Below, in pieces: positions 1 to 7,363 of a stretch of 25,116 bases of DNA (positions are counted from its first letter, which is position 1; each line of letters opens with the position of its first letter). Under the pieces are notes generated by a model, which was given only the letters and a program-made list of their open reading frames with translations, was not told the origin of the DNA and searched no databases. The stretch spans positions 1 to 25,116 of IMG/VR virus record IMGVR_UViG_3300025121_000565, one strand, 5' to 3'. A program made the position numbers and the translations under genes. The stretch is from a virus (lineage: Duplodnaviria > Caudoviricetes).

Positions 1-210
1 GGGCGTTGAAATGATCCGGGCAAAGGACCGAGATAATGCTCCCGATCTTCAGGGTAACCACGATTCCGCCTCGCTCCGGGCGGTCGCAGGCGTCGCACGT
101 TCCCTGGAAATAGTTGCTCCCGACCGTAGCCTGGAGGCCCGTGTGCTCGCCCCGCGCCTCGAGCCTCCGCTCCGAGGCCCGCAGGGCGTCGCCGTCCGCC
201 TTCTTGGCCA

Positions 211-510
211 TCACCGCGCCTCCTTCTCGTACTTCTGGATCGCCCGGTGCAGTGGCCCCGCGAATTGGTCACCGCGCCACGAGTTGCCACCCGCGAACGC
301 GATGTTGCCGGCCGCGAGCAGGTCGCGGTCGAACACCGCCGTCCGCCTGCTGGGCCGCTCGTCGCGCTCCGGGAAAACCACGCCGAGCATCGGGCGGGTG
401 TGGAGGCCGTCGTTCCAATCGAAGAGCGCGACGTAGAAGCCCTCGCCGCAGATTCCGTTCCGGTGGTAGTCGATCGCCGTCACCTTGATGTCCGTCTTCG
501 CCATCATCAC
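211..510 (-). CDS. hypothetical phage protein (~97-99 aa)
   Basis: AAGGAGG RBS directly upstream of GTG/ATG starts that overlap the previous stop; protein-like sequence (DYHRNGICGEGFYVALF...NSWRGDQF). Confidence 0.8.
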   Translation of the reverse strand: MMMAKTDIKVTAIDYHRNGICGEGFYVALFDWNDGLHTRPMLGVVFPERDERPSRRTAVFDRDLLAAGNIAFAGGNSWRGDQFAGPLHRAIQKYEKEAR

Positions 511-614
511 CGCGCCTCCTTGCTGATCTCTCCGTAGGCGTCCGTGGAACAGAGGATCTGCCAGCCGCAGATCTCGCCGTCAGGGCGGCGCGTCATCCTC
601 GTGTTCGTGTTCAT
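507..614 (-). CDS. 35-aa peptide MNTNTRMTRRPDGEICGWQILCSTDAYGEISKEAR, first gene after promoter copy 1
   Basis: Translated by hand (below ORF-track cutoff). First 8 codons are identical to those of 1564..1761; its stop overlaps the next start (GTGATG). Confidence 0.6.
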   Translation of the reverse strand: MNTNTRMTRRPDGEICGWQILCSTDAYGEISKEAR

Positions 615-626
615 GCCCTATTACCA

Positions 627-643
627 TGCGAACATCGCGCCAA
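627..643 (-). promoter_or_regulatory. sigma54-type -24/-12 promoter, copy 1
   Basis: Minus strand TTGGCGCG-ATGT-TCGCA fits TTGGCACG-N4-TTGCW with exact GG-N10-GC spacing; the predicted +1 falls within about 3 nt of the ATG at 614, and no SD is present. Confidence 0.7.
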
Positions 644-737
644 CTCAGGGCTTACGGGAAATCGCGTATTTACGGGGAGGGCCGGAACCAGGGCGAATTG
701 GCAAACGGCTAAAAACAAAGGATTGTGCCCCTGAAAG

Positions 738-789
738 TGGGGCATCCGTGCCCCGGGCATCAGTGCCCCAGTGGGGCGGCAATGCCCCA
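738..789. promoter_or_regulatory. three tandem palindromic sites (consensus TGGGGCA-N4-TGCCCCA), candidate activator/enhancer sites, copy 1
   Basis: TGGGGCATCCGTGCCCCG, GGCATCAGTGCCCCA and TGGGGCGGCAATGCCCCA, about 120-175 bp upstream of the predicted start. Confidence 0.65.
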
Positions 790-1017
790 CCAGAGATCTC
801 GGAACTCCGCCTCGACAGCCTCGGCGACCCCCAGCCAGTCCAGCGCCTCGCCCGGCACCTGCTCGAGCGTCAGAGTCGTGGGGTCGCCCACCTCCCGCAC
901 CGCGACCCCGTACCCCACGCCCTCCGGGTACGGGTAACCGATGAACTCCCGGCCGTCCGCCGTCGGGCGATGGGGCGCGTACCCGAGGACCCGGAGCCGG
1001 ATGTAGTGCTCGGTCAT
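760..1017 (-). CDS. hypothetical protein (85 aa)
   Basis: ATG preceded by GGAGGTAAGGGG; its 3' end runs into the palindromic sites. Confidence 0.7.
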   Translation of the reverse strand: MTEHYIRLRVLGYAPHRPTADGREFIGYPYPEGVGYGVAVREVGDPTTLTLEQVPGEALDWLGVAEAVEAEFRDLWWGIAAPLGH

Positions 1018-1023
1018 CGCCCC

Positions 1024-1281
1024 TTACCTCCCCAGCCACCGGAGGCCCCGGCGGCGCCGGAGCTCCAGCAGGTCGTCGGCCCGCACCGCCCAGAGGCGGG
1101 CGCCAGCCGTACAGCGCGCGACACGCGCCGGGACGTCGACCTCCCGGACCCGAAACGCGACCCCGGACGGCAGGGCCCAGCGCCCGACCAGCGAGAGCAG
1201 GGCCTCCCGGTCAGCCTCAAGGCCGCGCCGCAGGAGGGCCAGCGCCAGCGCGATGCTCCGCCGCGCCCCCGCCACCATCAC
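1024..1281 (-). CDS. hypothetical protein (85 aa)
   Basis: GGAGGAGGT RBS; GTGATG start overlaps the upstream stop. Confidence 0.7.
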   Translation of the reverse strand: MMVAGARRSIALALALLRRGLEADREALLSLVGRWALPSGVAFRVREVDVPARVARCTAGARLWAVRADDLLELRRRRGLRWLGR

Positions 1282-1475
1282 CGCACCTCCTCCGCGCTCT
1301 CCTCGCCGATGAATTCTTCGACAAGGAAGCTGTAGCCGTGCCGAACTCTCTCCTCGGCCTGTCGAGCCTCGTTAACGTCGGGGCCGTCGTACAGCACCAC
1401 CCCGGCGCGGTCGTCGCACCGGCAACCCTCGTCGATGCACGACTCGACTGCGCGGAACCGTCGTGTCTTTTTCAT
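1278..1475 (-). CDS. hypothetical protein (65 aa, MKKTRRFRAVESCIDEGCRCDD...)
   Basis: Start re-assigned to ATG 1475, which follows GGAGGTAAAGGG; the stop is coupled to the next gene. Confidence 0.7.
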   Translation of the reverse strand: MKKTRRFRAVESCIDEGCRCDDRAGVVLYDGPDVNEARQAEERVRHGYSFLVEEFIGEESAEEVR

Positions 1476-1479
1476 CCCT

Positions 1480-1564
1480 TTACCTCCCCAGCCACCGAAG
1501 CGGCAGGTCATCGCGGTGTCGGCTTGGTGGCGCGCTGGCCCCTGTGGCTGATCTGTCCTGCCAT
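1480..1564 (-). pseudogene. degenerate remnant resembling the ends of gene 1024..1281
   Basis: Starts MAG after the same junction as MVAG; a different frame ends RDDLPLRWLGR* versus RADDL...GLRWLGR* in 1024..1281. Confidence 0.4.
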
Positions 1565-1761
1565 CACCGTACCTCCTCCGCGCTCGGCCACTTGGCGTCA
1601 CCGGGGCCCGTCTTCAGGTACCGGCTGTAGACCACAAAGCGGGCGCCGGGCTCGCCGGCCTTCGCGAGTCGCGTGAGCTTGGCGCGCTCGGCGTCCGTCA
1701 TCCGCATCCCCGCCACCGTCCGGTCGATGTCCTCGTCCGTCATCCTCGTGTTCGTGTTCAT
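1564..1761 (-). CDS. hypothetical protein (65 aa), first gene after promoter copy 2, probably leaderless
   Basis: ORF track; ATG directly below the sigma54-like box with no SD; stop sits in a GTGATG junction. Confidence 0.75.
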   Translation of the reverse strand: MNTNTRMTDEDIDRTVAGMRMTDAERAKLTRLAKAGEPGARFVVYSRYLKTGPGDAKWPSAEEVR

Positions 1762-1773
1762 GCCCTATTACCA

Positions 1774-1790
1774 TGCGAACATCGCGCCAA
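1774..1790 (-). promoter_or_regulatory. sigma54-type -24/-12 promoter, copy 2
   Basis: Identical TTGGCGCGATGTTCGCA upstream of ATG 1761. Confidence 0.7.
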
Positions 1791-1884
1791 CTCAGGGCTT
1801 ACGGGAAATCGCGTATTTACGGGGAGGGCCGGAACCAGGGCGAATTGGCAAATAGTTAAAAACAAAGGATTGTGCTTCTGAAAG

Positions 1885-1936
1885 TGGGGCATCGATGCCC
1901 CAGGCATCAGTGCCCCAGTGGGGCAGAGATGCCCCA
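1885..1936. promoter_or_regulatory. three tandem palindromic sites, copy 2
   Basis: Perfect 18-bp palindrome TGGGGCATCGATGCCCCA (1885-1902), GGCATCAGTGCCCCA (1903-1917), TGGGGCAGAGATGCCCCA (1919-1936). Confidence 0.65.
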
Positions 1937-1937
1937 G

Positions 1938-2969
1938 CTACCGCGCCCCCATCCGGCGCTGGAGCGTATCAAGGAATCCGGATGATCCCAAGACCTCGAG
2001 CCGAGCTCCGCCGCCCGCATCCTTGGCCCCGGCCCAGCGCCCCAGCAACACCTCCTCGCCCACCCCCCAGGCCCGAAGGTCGGCCACGTGAAGGGCGGCG
2101 CGGCGGTCCTCCTCCGGCCCAGCATCGAGCGCCACCACCACACGCCGGGGACGCGCGCGGTGCAGGATGGCAAGCTTCTGAGCAGTCAGCGCCTGACCCA
2201 ACAGCGCGACCGGCATCCAGTCCCCGCCGCGGGCCCCGTACCCCATCGCGTCGCCCGCCCCCTCGACCAGCAGCACGTCGGCGCCCGGTAGGAGAGCGTC
2301 GACGTTGAATAGCCACCCCGACGCCGAGCGCCCGCACTCTGCCTGCGGGTCGTCGGCTACGCCGCTGCGCGCGTTGAGGTACCGTGGCTCGAGGTCGCGA
2401 CGAATCGTGCGCGACAGGAACCCGACCGGCGAGCCACCCATCACGATGGGTATCACAATGCGGTGAGCGTGACGCCCGATCCGCACACGGCCAAGCCCCC
2501 AACGCTGCGCGTCCGCCGGGCTGACCCCCCACTGACGGTCCATGAACGCGAGGCACCTACGCTCGAACACCGAGGCGCCGCCCCAGTCCGTCCGCATCCC
2601 GTCCGGGAACCTAACCCAGTCTCCCGGCTCAGGGGCCCGGCCAGCGGACGGGAGTCGGCGTCCGCGGCGCGGGTAACGGCGCAACAGGAAGACCCACGCC
2701 TCGCCTCGTGACCGAAGGCCCTCGAGGCGCCGCACCCACTCGACGGCGCCACCCGCGAGGCGCGGCTCCGCCTCACAGCCGGCGTTCCAGCACCCGGCCG
2801 CAAATCCCTCGACCTGGAGCCACCCGCGCCCACGGCGCTCGCCGCAGAGGGGGCAGTCCACGATCCGGACTCCCTCGTCGTACCCGCGCCCGCCCCCCGC
2901 ATTCCGGACCGCGGCGTGCTCCGCGAGGTAAGCGTCGAGGTCAATGATCTCGGCGTCCGAAGCACTCAT
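1938..2969 (-). CDS. DNA primase (Zn-binding domain plus TOPRIM)
   Basis: N-terminal CPLC...CWNAGC; RIVIPI; TOPRIM motifs LLVEGAGDAM, VALLGQAL, VVALDAG, KDAG. Confidence 0.9.
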   Translation of the reverse strand: MSASDAEIIDLDAYLAEHAAVRNAGGGRGYDEGVRIVDCPLCGERRGRGWLQVEGFAAGCWNAGCEAEPRLAGGAVEWVRRLEGLRSRGEAWVFLLRRYPRRGRRLPSAGRAPEPGDWVRFPDGMRTDWGGASVFERRCLAFMDRQWGVSPADAQRWGLGRVRIGRHAHRIVIPIVMGGSPVGFLSRTIRRDLEPRYLNARSGVADDPQAECGRSASGWLFNVDALLPGADVLLVEGAGDAMGYGARGGDWMPVALLGQALTAQKLAILHRARPRRVVVALDAGPEEDRRAALHVADLRAWGVGEEVLLGRWAGAKDAGGGARLEVLGSSGFLDTLQRRMGAR

Positions 2970-3448
2970 AGTAAGAGCCCTTGCCGGAGACCAGAGAAGG
3001 CTCCAGGAACTGGTATCTTCTGGAGAAGCGTTTTTCTATCGTCCGCTGAACGGCCGATTCTCCGCCACCCAGCACAGAGGAAACAGTATCCCGGGTTCCG
3101 CGACCTCACTTTCCGATCCCACACATACGTCAACAATCCGTCCGGGCCGCATCCATCAGCGTAACGATAGAGTTCCGCCTCCGCCCCCAAGATCAACTCG
3201 CTGGACCTCACGGGAGACTCGTTCCGGAAGATCGTGCACGTCCACCCATCCAAACCGTTCATCGCCCTGAGGCCGGAATTCGGATGAGGGCGCCACCACC
3301 CGAACAAGGCATGGAAATCCTCCAACAAGAGGATGATCGTCTGGCCGGGCGGCATGAATTGGTGAGCCCCGACATTGCGACGGCTGTAATGACGGTCTGC
3401 GAGTCGGCACGCGGCCGCGTTGAATTTCGTCACCTTTCGCCATTCCAT
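2966..3448 (-). CDS. Mom-like (GNAT-fold) putative DNA base-modification protein (160 aa)
   Basis: Start re-assigned to ATG 3448 (GGAGGAG RBS, TGATG overlap); motifs ADRHYSR, FRNES...SSELI, LLTYV, NPGYCFLCAGWRRIG resemble Mom-family motif order. Confidence 0.6.
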   Translation of the reverse strand: MEWRKVTKFNAAACRLADRHYSRRNVGAHQFMPPGQTIILLLEDFHALFGWWRPHPNSGLRAMNGLDGWTCTIFRNESPVRSSELILGAEAELYRYADGCGPDGLLTYVWDRKVRSRNPGYCFLCAGWRRIGRSADDRKTLLQKIPVPGAFSGLRQGLLL

Positions 3449-3678
3449 CACTCCTCCGGCTCGTCCCCCGCGCGCCGGCGGCCGCTCGCGAACCCCTCCC
3501 AGACCTCCTCCCAGACCTCCGCGAGCTTCCGCTCCTGGCGCGGCGAGAGCGAGCGGCTGCGGCTCCACTGCGCCTGGACGGACGCCACAAAGTCGCTCTC
3601 CCAGAGCGTGAGCGCCCGACGGAACGCGCCCCACAGCGCCGCCAACATGTCGTCCACCTCGTGGGGCCGGAGGCTCAC
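3448..3678 (-). CDS. small helical hypothetical phage protein (76 aa)
   Basis: LTLWESDFVASV...LSPRQERKL pattern; overlaps at both ends. Confidence 0.8.
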   Translation of the reverse strand: MSLRPHEVDDMLAALWGAFRRALTLWESDFVASVQAQWSRSRSLSPRQERKLAEVWEEVWEGFASGRRRAGDEPEE

Positions 3679-3854
3679 AGGAACTCCACCCCGATATCGC
3701 CATCGGGCCAGAACTCATGCGGGCCGCCGTGCCCGTGCTCCAGCATGCAGGTGCCCTCGCCCTCGAAGCCCCGGTGATATGCCTCCGCCCACGCCTCGGT
3801 CCCGACCTCGAGGCCGTCCAGCTTCCCGGCCCAGCAGTGGAGGACCGCGGTCAT
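3675..3854 (-). CDS. small Cys/His putative metal-binding protein (59 aa)
   Basis: ATGA overlap at 3851-3854; HCW...CMLEHGHGGPH. Confidence 0.7.
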   Translation of the reverse strand: MTAVLHCWAGKLDGLEVGTEAWAEAYHRGFEGEGTCMLEHGHGGPHEFWPDGDIGVEFL

Positions 3855-4120
3855 GGATTCGCCGCCCACGGATCACCGGTTCGGTCATTGAGGCCAGAAC
3901 TTGACGTGCGCTCGTCGGGCCTCTGCTGCGGAGCCCGCACCATGCGGTCCAGCACCACCGCGTCCCCGACCTCCGCGAGCTGGGCGTGGAGGCGGCCCAC
4001 AAGATCGGCCTTGTTGGTGATGCCGTCGGGCACCTCGTCCGCCACCGACAGCTCGACGGTCTCGGTCTCGTACGGCCGGACCTGAAACGTCCGCCTGTAG
4101 CTCGCTCGGATCTCAGCCAT
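3851..4120 (-). CDS. hypothetical protein (89 aa)
   Basis: Start re-assigned to ATG 4120 after GAAGGAGGGGGAG; YRRTFQVRPYETETVEL. Confidence 0.8.
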   Translation of the reverse strand: MAEIRASYRRTFQVRPYETETVELSVADEVPDGITNKADLVGRLHAQLAEVGDAVVLDRMVRAPQQRPDERTSSSGLNDRTGDPWAANP

Positions 4121-4158
4121 TGTTTTTCTCCCCCTCCTTCTTCTATCCAGTCTCCCCG

Positions 4159-4302
4159 TCATGACGGCTCTTTGATCCGCGCGTACAGGCTGCGGCGCAA
4201 CTCCCCGAGCCGCCACTCGCGCTCCTGGAGTTGCGCCCGCAGGTCGCAGATCTGGCCCACCAGCACGTCGATCTCCTCCTCGAGCGGGTCACGCAGCACC
4301 AT
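4159..4302 (-). CDS. 47-aa coiled-coil-like protein MVLRDPLEEEIDVLVGQICDLRAQLQEREWRLGELRRSLYARIKEPS
   Basis: Translated by hand; GAGGAGGT RBS; fills the gap after the helicase. Confidence 0.7.
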   Translation of the reverse strand: MVLRDPLEEEIDVLVGQICDLRAQLQEREWRLGELRRSLYARIKEPS

Positions 4303-5644
4303 GCGGCACCTCCTCGTCCTTCACGCTCCGGAACGCCATCCGGTCGAGGTCCACGCGGTAGGTCCCGGCGAACTGCTCGTCCGCCTCGTCCCGCAGGGCC
4401 GCGACGTAGAGGGACCGCATCCCGGCCTGCACCAGCTCCTCGGACGCGCAGATCCCGACGAACCCGTCCCCCACCGCGATGACCTCGAACGCCTCCGCGA
4501 TATCGTCCTTCCGGATCCTGGCCTTGGCGATCGCGCTGCGCTTCACGAGCGCGGCCGACCAGACCGCCGCCCCGAGCGCACGAGCGGCGGCCGCGATCTC
4601 CCGGCTGATGGCCGCGAGCTCGTGCCGGAGCTCGCGCTCGCCGGACCCCGACCCCATGATGTTGAGGAAGTCGAGCACCACGAGGTCGACGCGCTCGCCC
4701 TCGCGCCGCAGGTCCTCCACATGCCGCTGCACGGCGTCCACGACCCCCGCCTCCCGCGGGGAGCCGGTCCAGAGGTGGACCTCGCCGGCGCCCGCCGCGA
4801 TCAGGCCCCGGTAGGCGCGCGCCATCCCCGAGGTGTCGGCCCGCAATTCCTGCTTGGTGGCGCGCGCCACGTTCCGGTCCATTCGCATGAGCATCGGCAT
4901 CGCGCCCATCTCGAACGAGAAGAACGCCACCCCGTGGCGCCGACGCGCGGCGTTGAGTGCGACGTTCAGGAGCGCGCTCGTCTTCGCCCCCTTCGGGGGC
5001 GCCAGGAAGTACATCACCTCACCGGGCCGGACCCCGGAGCCGAGCGCGAGGTCGAGCTTCGGGAAGCCGGTCGGCACACGCCCCGCGAGGTCCTCGCCCC
5101 GCTCCCAGAGCGCGACCCGCTCCTCGTAGGTCGCGATCAGCGGCACGGAGCGGCCGGAAGACGCGGGCTCGGACTCCCGTATCGCGCGGGTGACGTACTT
5201 CCGGATCTCGGCCGCCGACTCGCCCCGCTGGTAGAGGTCCGCCGCGCCGAGCAGCGCGCGCTGGAGCCGAGAGCGCCCGATCCACTCCAGGACCTCGCCC
5301 TCGACGTAGGCGGCGTCCGGGACCTCTGCCTCCCGGACGGCGCCCCACTCCTCGCGCAGGGCCGCCGCCTCGTCGGTCCGGAGGCGCCGGACCTCTGCCT
5401 CCACGAGGTGGTCCATCGACTCGAGGCCCGGCCACCCGCGGGGGTCCGCCTCGCCGTGCCGCTCGACCAGGCGCGCCAGGCGCTGGCGCGGGCCCACGAG
5501 ACGCCCCTCCGACCCCTCGGCGAAGTGGTCCGGGTCGCAGGCACCCGGCACCCGGCGGTGGAGCCCGGTCTTGATGCACAGGGACAGGACCTTGCGCAGG
5601 AACCCGGGGCCGAAGCTCTGCCCGTAGGCGGGCGGGTCGCTCAC
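4289..5644 (-). CDS. DnaB-like replicative helicase
   Basis: VPTGFPKLDLALGSGVRPGE, Walker A-like APPKGAKT, FFSFEMG, Walker B VVLDFL. Confidence 0.9.
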   Translation of the reverse strand: MSDPPAYGQSFGPGFLRKVLSLCIKTGLHRRVPGACDPDHFAEGSEGRLVGPRQRLARLVERHGEADPRGWPGLESMDHLVEAEVRRLRTDEAAALREEWGAVREAEVPDAAYVEGEVLEWIGRSRLQRALLGAADLYQRGESAAEIRKYVTRAIRESEPASSGRSVPLIATYEERVALWERGEDLAGRVPTGFPKLDLALGSGVRPGEVMYFLAPPKGAKTSALLNVALNAARRRHGVAFFSFEMGAMPMLMRMDRNVARATKQELRADTSGMARAYRGLIAAGAGEVHLWTGSPREAGVVDAVQRHVEDLRREGERVDLVVLDFLNIMGSGSGERELRHELAAISREIAAAARALGAAVWSAALVKRSAIAKARIRKDDIAEAFEVIAVGDGFVGICASEELVQAGMRSLYVAALRDEADEQFAGTYRVDLDRMAFRSVKDEEVPHGAA

Positions 5645-5650
5645 GAACGC

Positions 5651-6373
5651 CTACCGGCGCCTTCGGAGGCTCTCGCCCGAGAACTGGACGCGAGCGAAAA
5701 CCGATGGGTCCATCAGGCGATCCACCACCCGCTCCCCGAGCCGGTCCCGCGCCTGCATCCGGTCTTGGAGGAGATTCGTCGTCAGAATCAACCGCCGACC
5801 CCGGAGCGGGATCTCAAGCAAGCGCAAGAGAACCTCCTCTTTCCAGGGCGTGTGGGCGTCGACATCGACGTCGTCGAGCGCCAGGACCACGCACCGCCCC
5901 TCGATCTCGCCCAGCAGCTTGTCGGCCGTCAGGGGCGGCTCCTCGCCCCACGGCAACGCCCCGGTCTTGGCGGCGTCGAGCCGCGCCTTGAGGCCCTGCC
6001 ACCGATAGAACTGAGCCGGGGCCGGGCGCTGCCGAAACGCCCCGGCCACGACCGCCTCCTGGGTGCGGGGGGCCGTCACCATGACCCAGGCCCCCGCGGA
6101 CCCGACCCGGCGCTCGGCGGCGTCCCGGATCATGCAGCAGGCCGCGACCGTCTTCCCGAGCCCAGGCGCCCCGTGAAGCAGGAGCCCCCAGCGCCCAGGC
6201 GCTGGGGCCCGCCCCCAATCCCGGAGGTCGGCGGGCGACACCCCCTCGGCGCGCCACTCCCGGAGACTGCCCCACCCCCACTCCGGGTACGGGACCCCGC
6301 AGGCCCGGACCCGCGCCGCAGCGTCGTCCTCGGGCTCGAGGTCGTCGAGCTCGGGCGGGAGGAGGTCGTCCAC
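5651..6373 (-). CDS. DnaC/IstB-like AAA+ ATPase (helicase loader)
   Basis: GLLLHGAPGLGKT, LALDDVD, ILTTNL, GERVVDRL, FSGESLR. Confidence 0.88.
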   Translation of the reverse strand: MDDLLPPELDDLEPEDDAAARVRACGVPYPEWGWGSLREWRAEGVSPADLRDWGRAPAPGRWGLLLHGAPGLGKTVAACCMIRDAAERRVGSAGAWVMVTAPRTQEAVVAGAFRQRPAPAQFYRWQGLKARLDAAKTGALPWGEEPPLTADKLLGEIEGRCVVLALDDVDVDAHTPWKEEVLLRLLEIPLRGRRLILTTNLLQDRMQARDRLGERVVDRLMDPSVFARVQFSGESLRRRR

Positions 6374-6376
6374 TAG

Positions 6377-7363
6377 CTACCTATCCGGCCCCAGCAAGAT
6401 GGCTCGGGTCGCGGTGGGCATCTCCTCGCAGCCCCGGGCCCACGCCTCGGCCTCTTCGCCCTCGCGGAAGACCGGGGCCTGGCCTCGGGCGCCACCCGGC
6501 CCCGAGCCGTCGCCCCCGTCGAGGATCGCCCGCATCGTGGAGCCCCACAGGTACGACAGGCTCCGGAGCGGGGGGAACTTCTCCCGCCGCCACCTGGCGA
6601 TCCCGATCTGGCAGACCCGCAGGAGGTCCGCCAGCGCCGCGCCCTCCGAGAGCCGGAGTCTGGCGAGGCCGGCGGCGCGGACCCCGTACGACGTCTCTGG
6701 CCCGCACTGGGTGTGGAGGATCCCCTCGACGGCCGAGAGAAGCTGGACGACGTCGAGTGTGTCTCGCGCGCTAGCGCGAGGCGCCGCCGAAGGCGGCGCA
6801 GGCTTCCCGCCGAAGGTTACCGGCAGATTTTTTGGGGGAGTAATACTAGAATCCTTAATCACTTTATACTCCTTACTACTAGTATAGGAAAGTAACGTCT
6901 CGGTAGCATCTCTTTTTTTCTTTGCGCGCTGCAACTTACGTGACTTCGTTACCCAGGCGCTATCATTGGGCTCCTTAGATGCTACCCGCATGCTACCATT
7001 GCCGGACTTCGTTACCGAACCCCGTCCATTTTGGCCTCCATTTTGACGCTGATGCGGGTGGGTTCTTGAGGCGATGTTCTCCACCGCGAAGGCCTCGTCG
7101 CACATCGACTCAACCTCGTCGAGGATGGCCGCCACGAAGGGTGGAAGCGCCGGGTCATTTCGTACCTCCTGGAGCCGGAGGGAGATCTTCTCGGCCAGCG
7201 CGAGGTTGACCCGCACGAGGTCGTTGACCGCCCGGATCACCGACTTCCGGTGCGCCCCACTCGCCTCCGCGACGCGGTTCAGGATGGCTTGCCGGCCCGC
7301 CCGATCGGCCGCACGATACTGATGAAGGACATCTCGCCCAACCTCAATCTTCGGAATCCTCAT
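6377..7363 (-). CDS. putative replication initiator protein (328 aa)
   Basis: ATGA overlap at 7360-7363; sits directly upstream of loader and helicase; low-complexity linker encoded by an AT-rich, repeat-containing core as in lambda O-type initiators. Confidence 0.6.
   Translation of the reverse strand: MRIPKIEVGRDVLHQYRAADRAGRQAILNRVAEASGAHRKSVIRAVNDLVRVNLALAEKISLRLQEVRNDPALPPFVAAILDEVESMCDEAFAVENIASRTHPHQRQNGGQNGRGSVTKSGNGSMRVASKEPNDSAWVTKSRKLQRAKKKRDATETLLSYTSSKEYKVIKDSSITPPKNLPVTFGGKPAPPSAAPRASARDTLDVVQLLSAVEGILHTQCGPETSYGVRAAGLARLRLSEGAALADLLRVCQIGIARWRREKFPPLRSLSYLWGSTMRAILDGGDGSGPGGARGQAPVFREGEEAEAWARGCEEMPTATRAILLGPDR
6812..7045. other. candidate phage replication origin inside the initiator gene
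   Basis: Sharp AT-rich tract about 6827-6925; GACTTCGTTACC at 6942 and 7005; ATGCTACC at 6979 and 6990; inverted GGTAGCATCT (6902) / AGATGCTACC (6977). Confidence 0.55.

Larger units (their letters stand above)
591..789. repeat. 199-bp direct repeat, copy 1 (regulatory module plus first 8 codons)
   Basis: Gap-free alignment to 1738..1936; 591-705 identical, about 11 mismatches in the rest by manual count. Confidence 0.97.
1738..1936. repeat. 199-bp direct repeat, copy 2
   Basis: Matches 591..789 at a constant offset of 1147 bp. Confidence 0.97.

Noticed and set aside
738-789. Palindromes read as rho-independent terminators
   Set aside because: No adjacent U-tract, three tandem copies of one consensus, and a position matching upstream activator sites; an RNA hairpin role is not fully excluded.
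591-1936. Direct repeats read as CRISPR array, IS ends or att sites
   Set aside because: Only two long copies, no regular spacers, no cas, transposase or integrase gene; content fits a promoter.
3986-6376. 796-aa plus-strand ORF, and similar long ones at 14080..17091, 17101..18648, 19978..22080
   Set aside because: Antisense shadows of motif-bearing minus-strand genes; high GC suppresses stops and the translations have no motifs.
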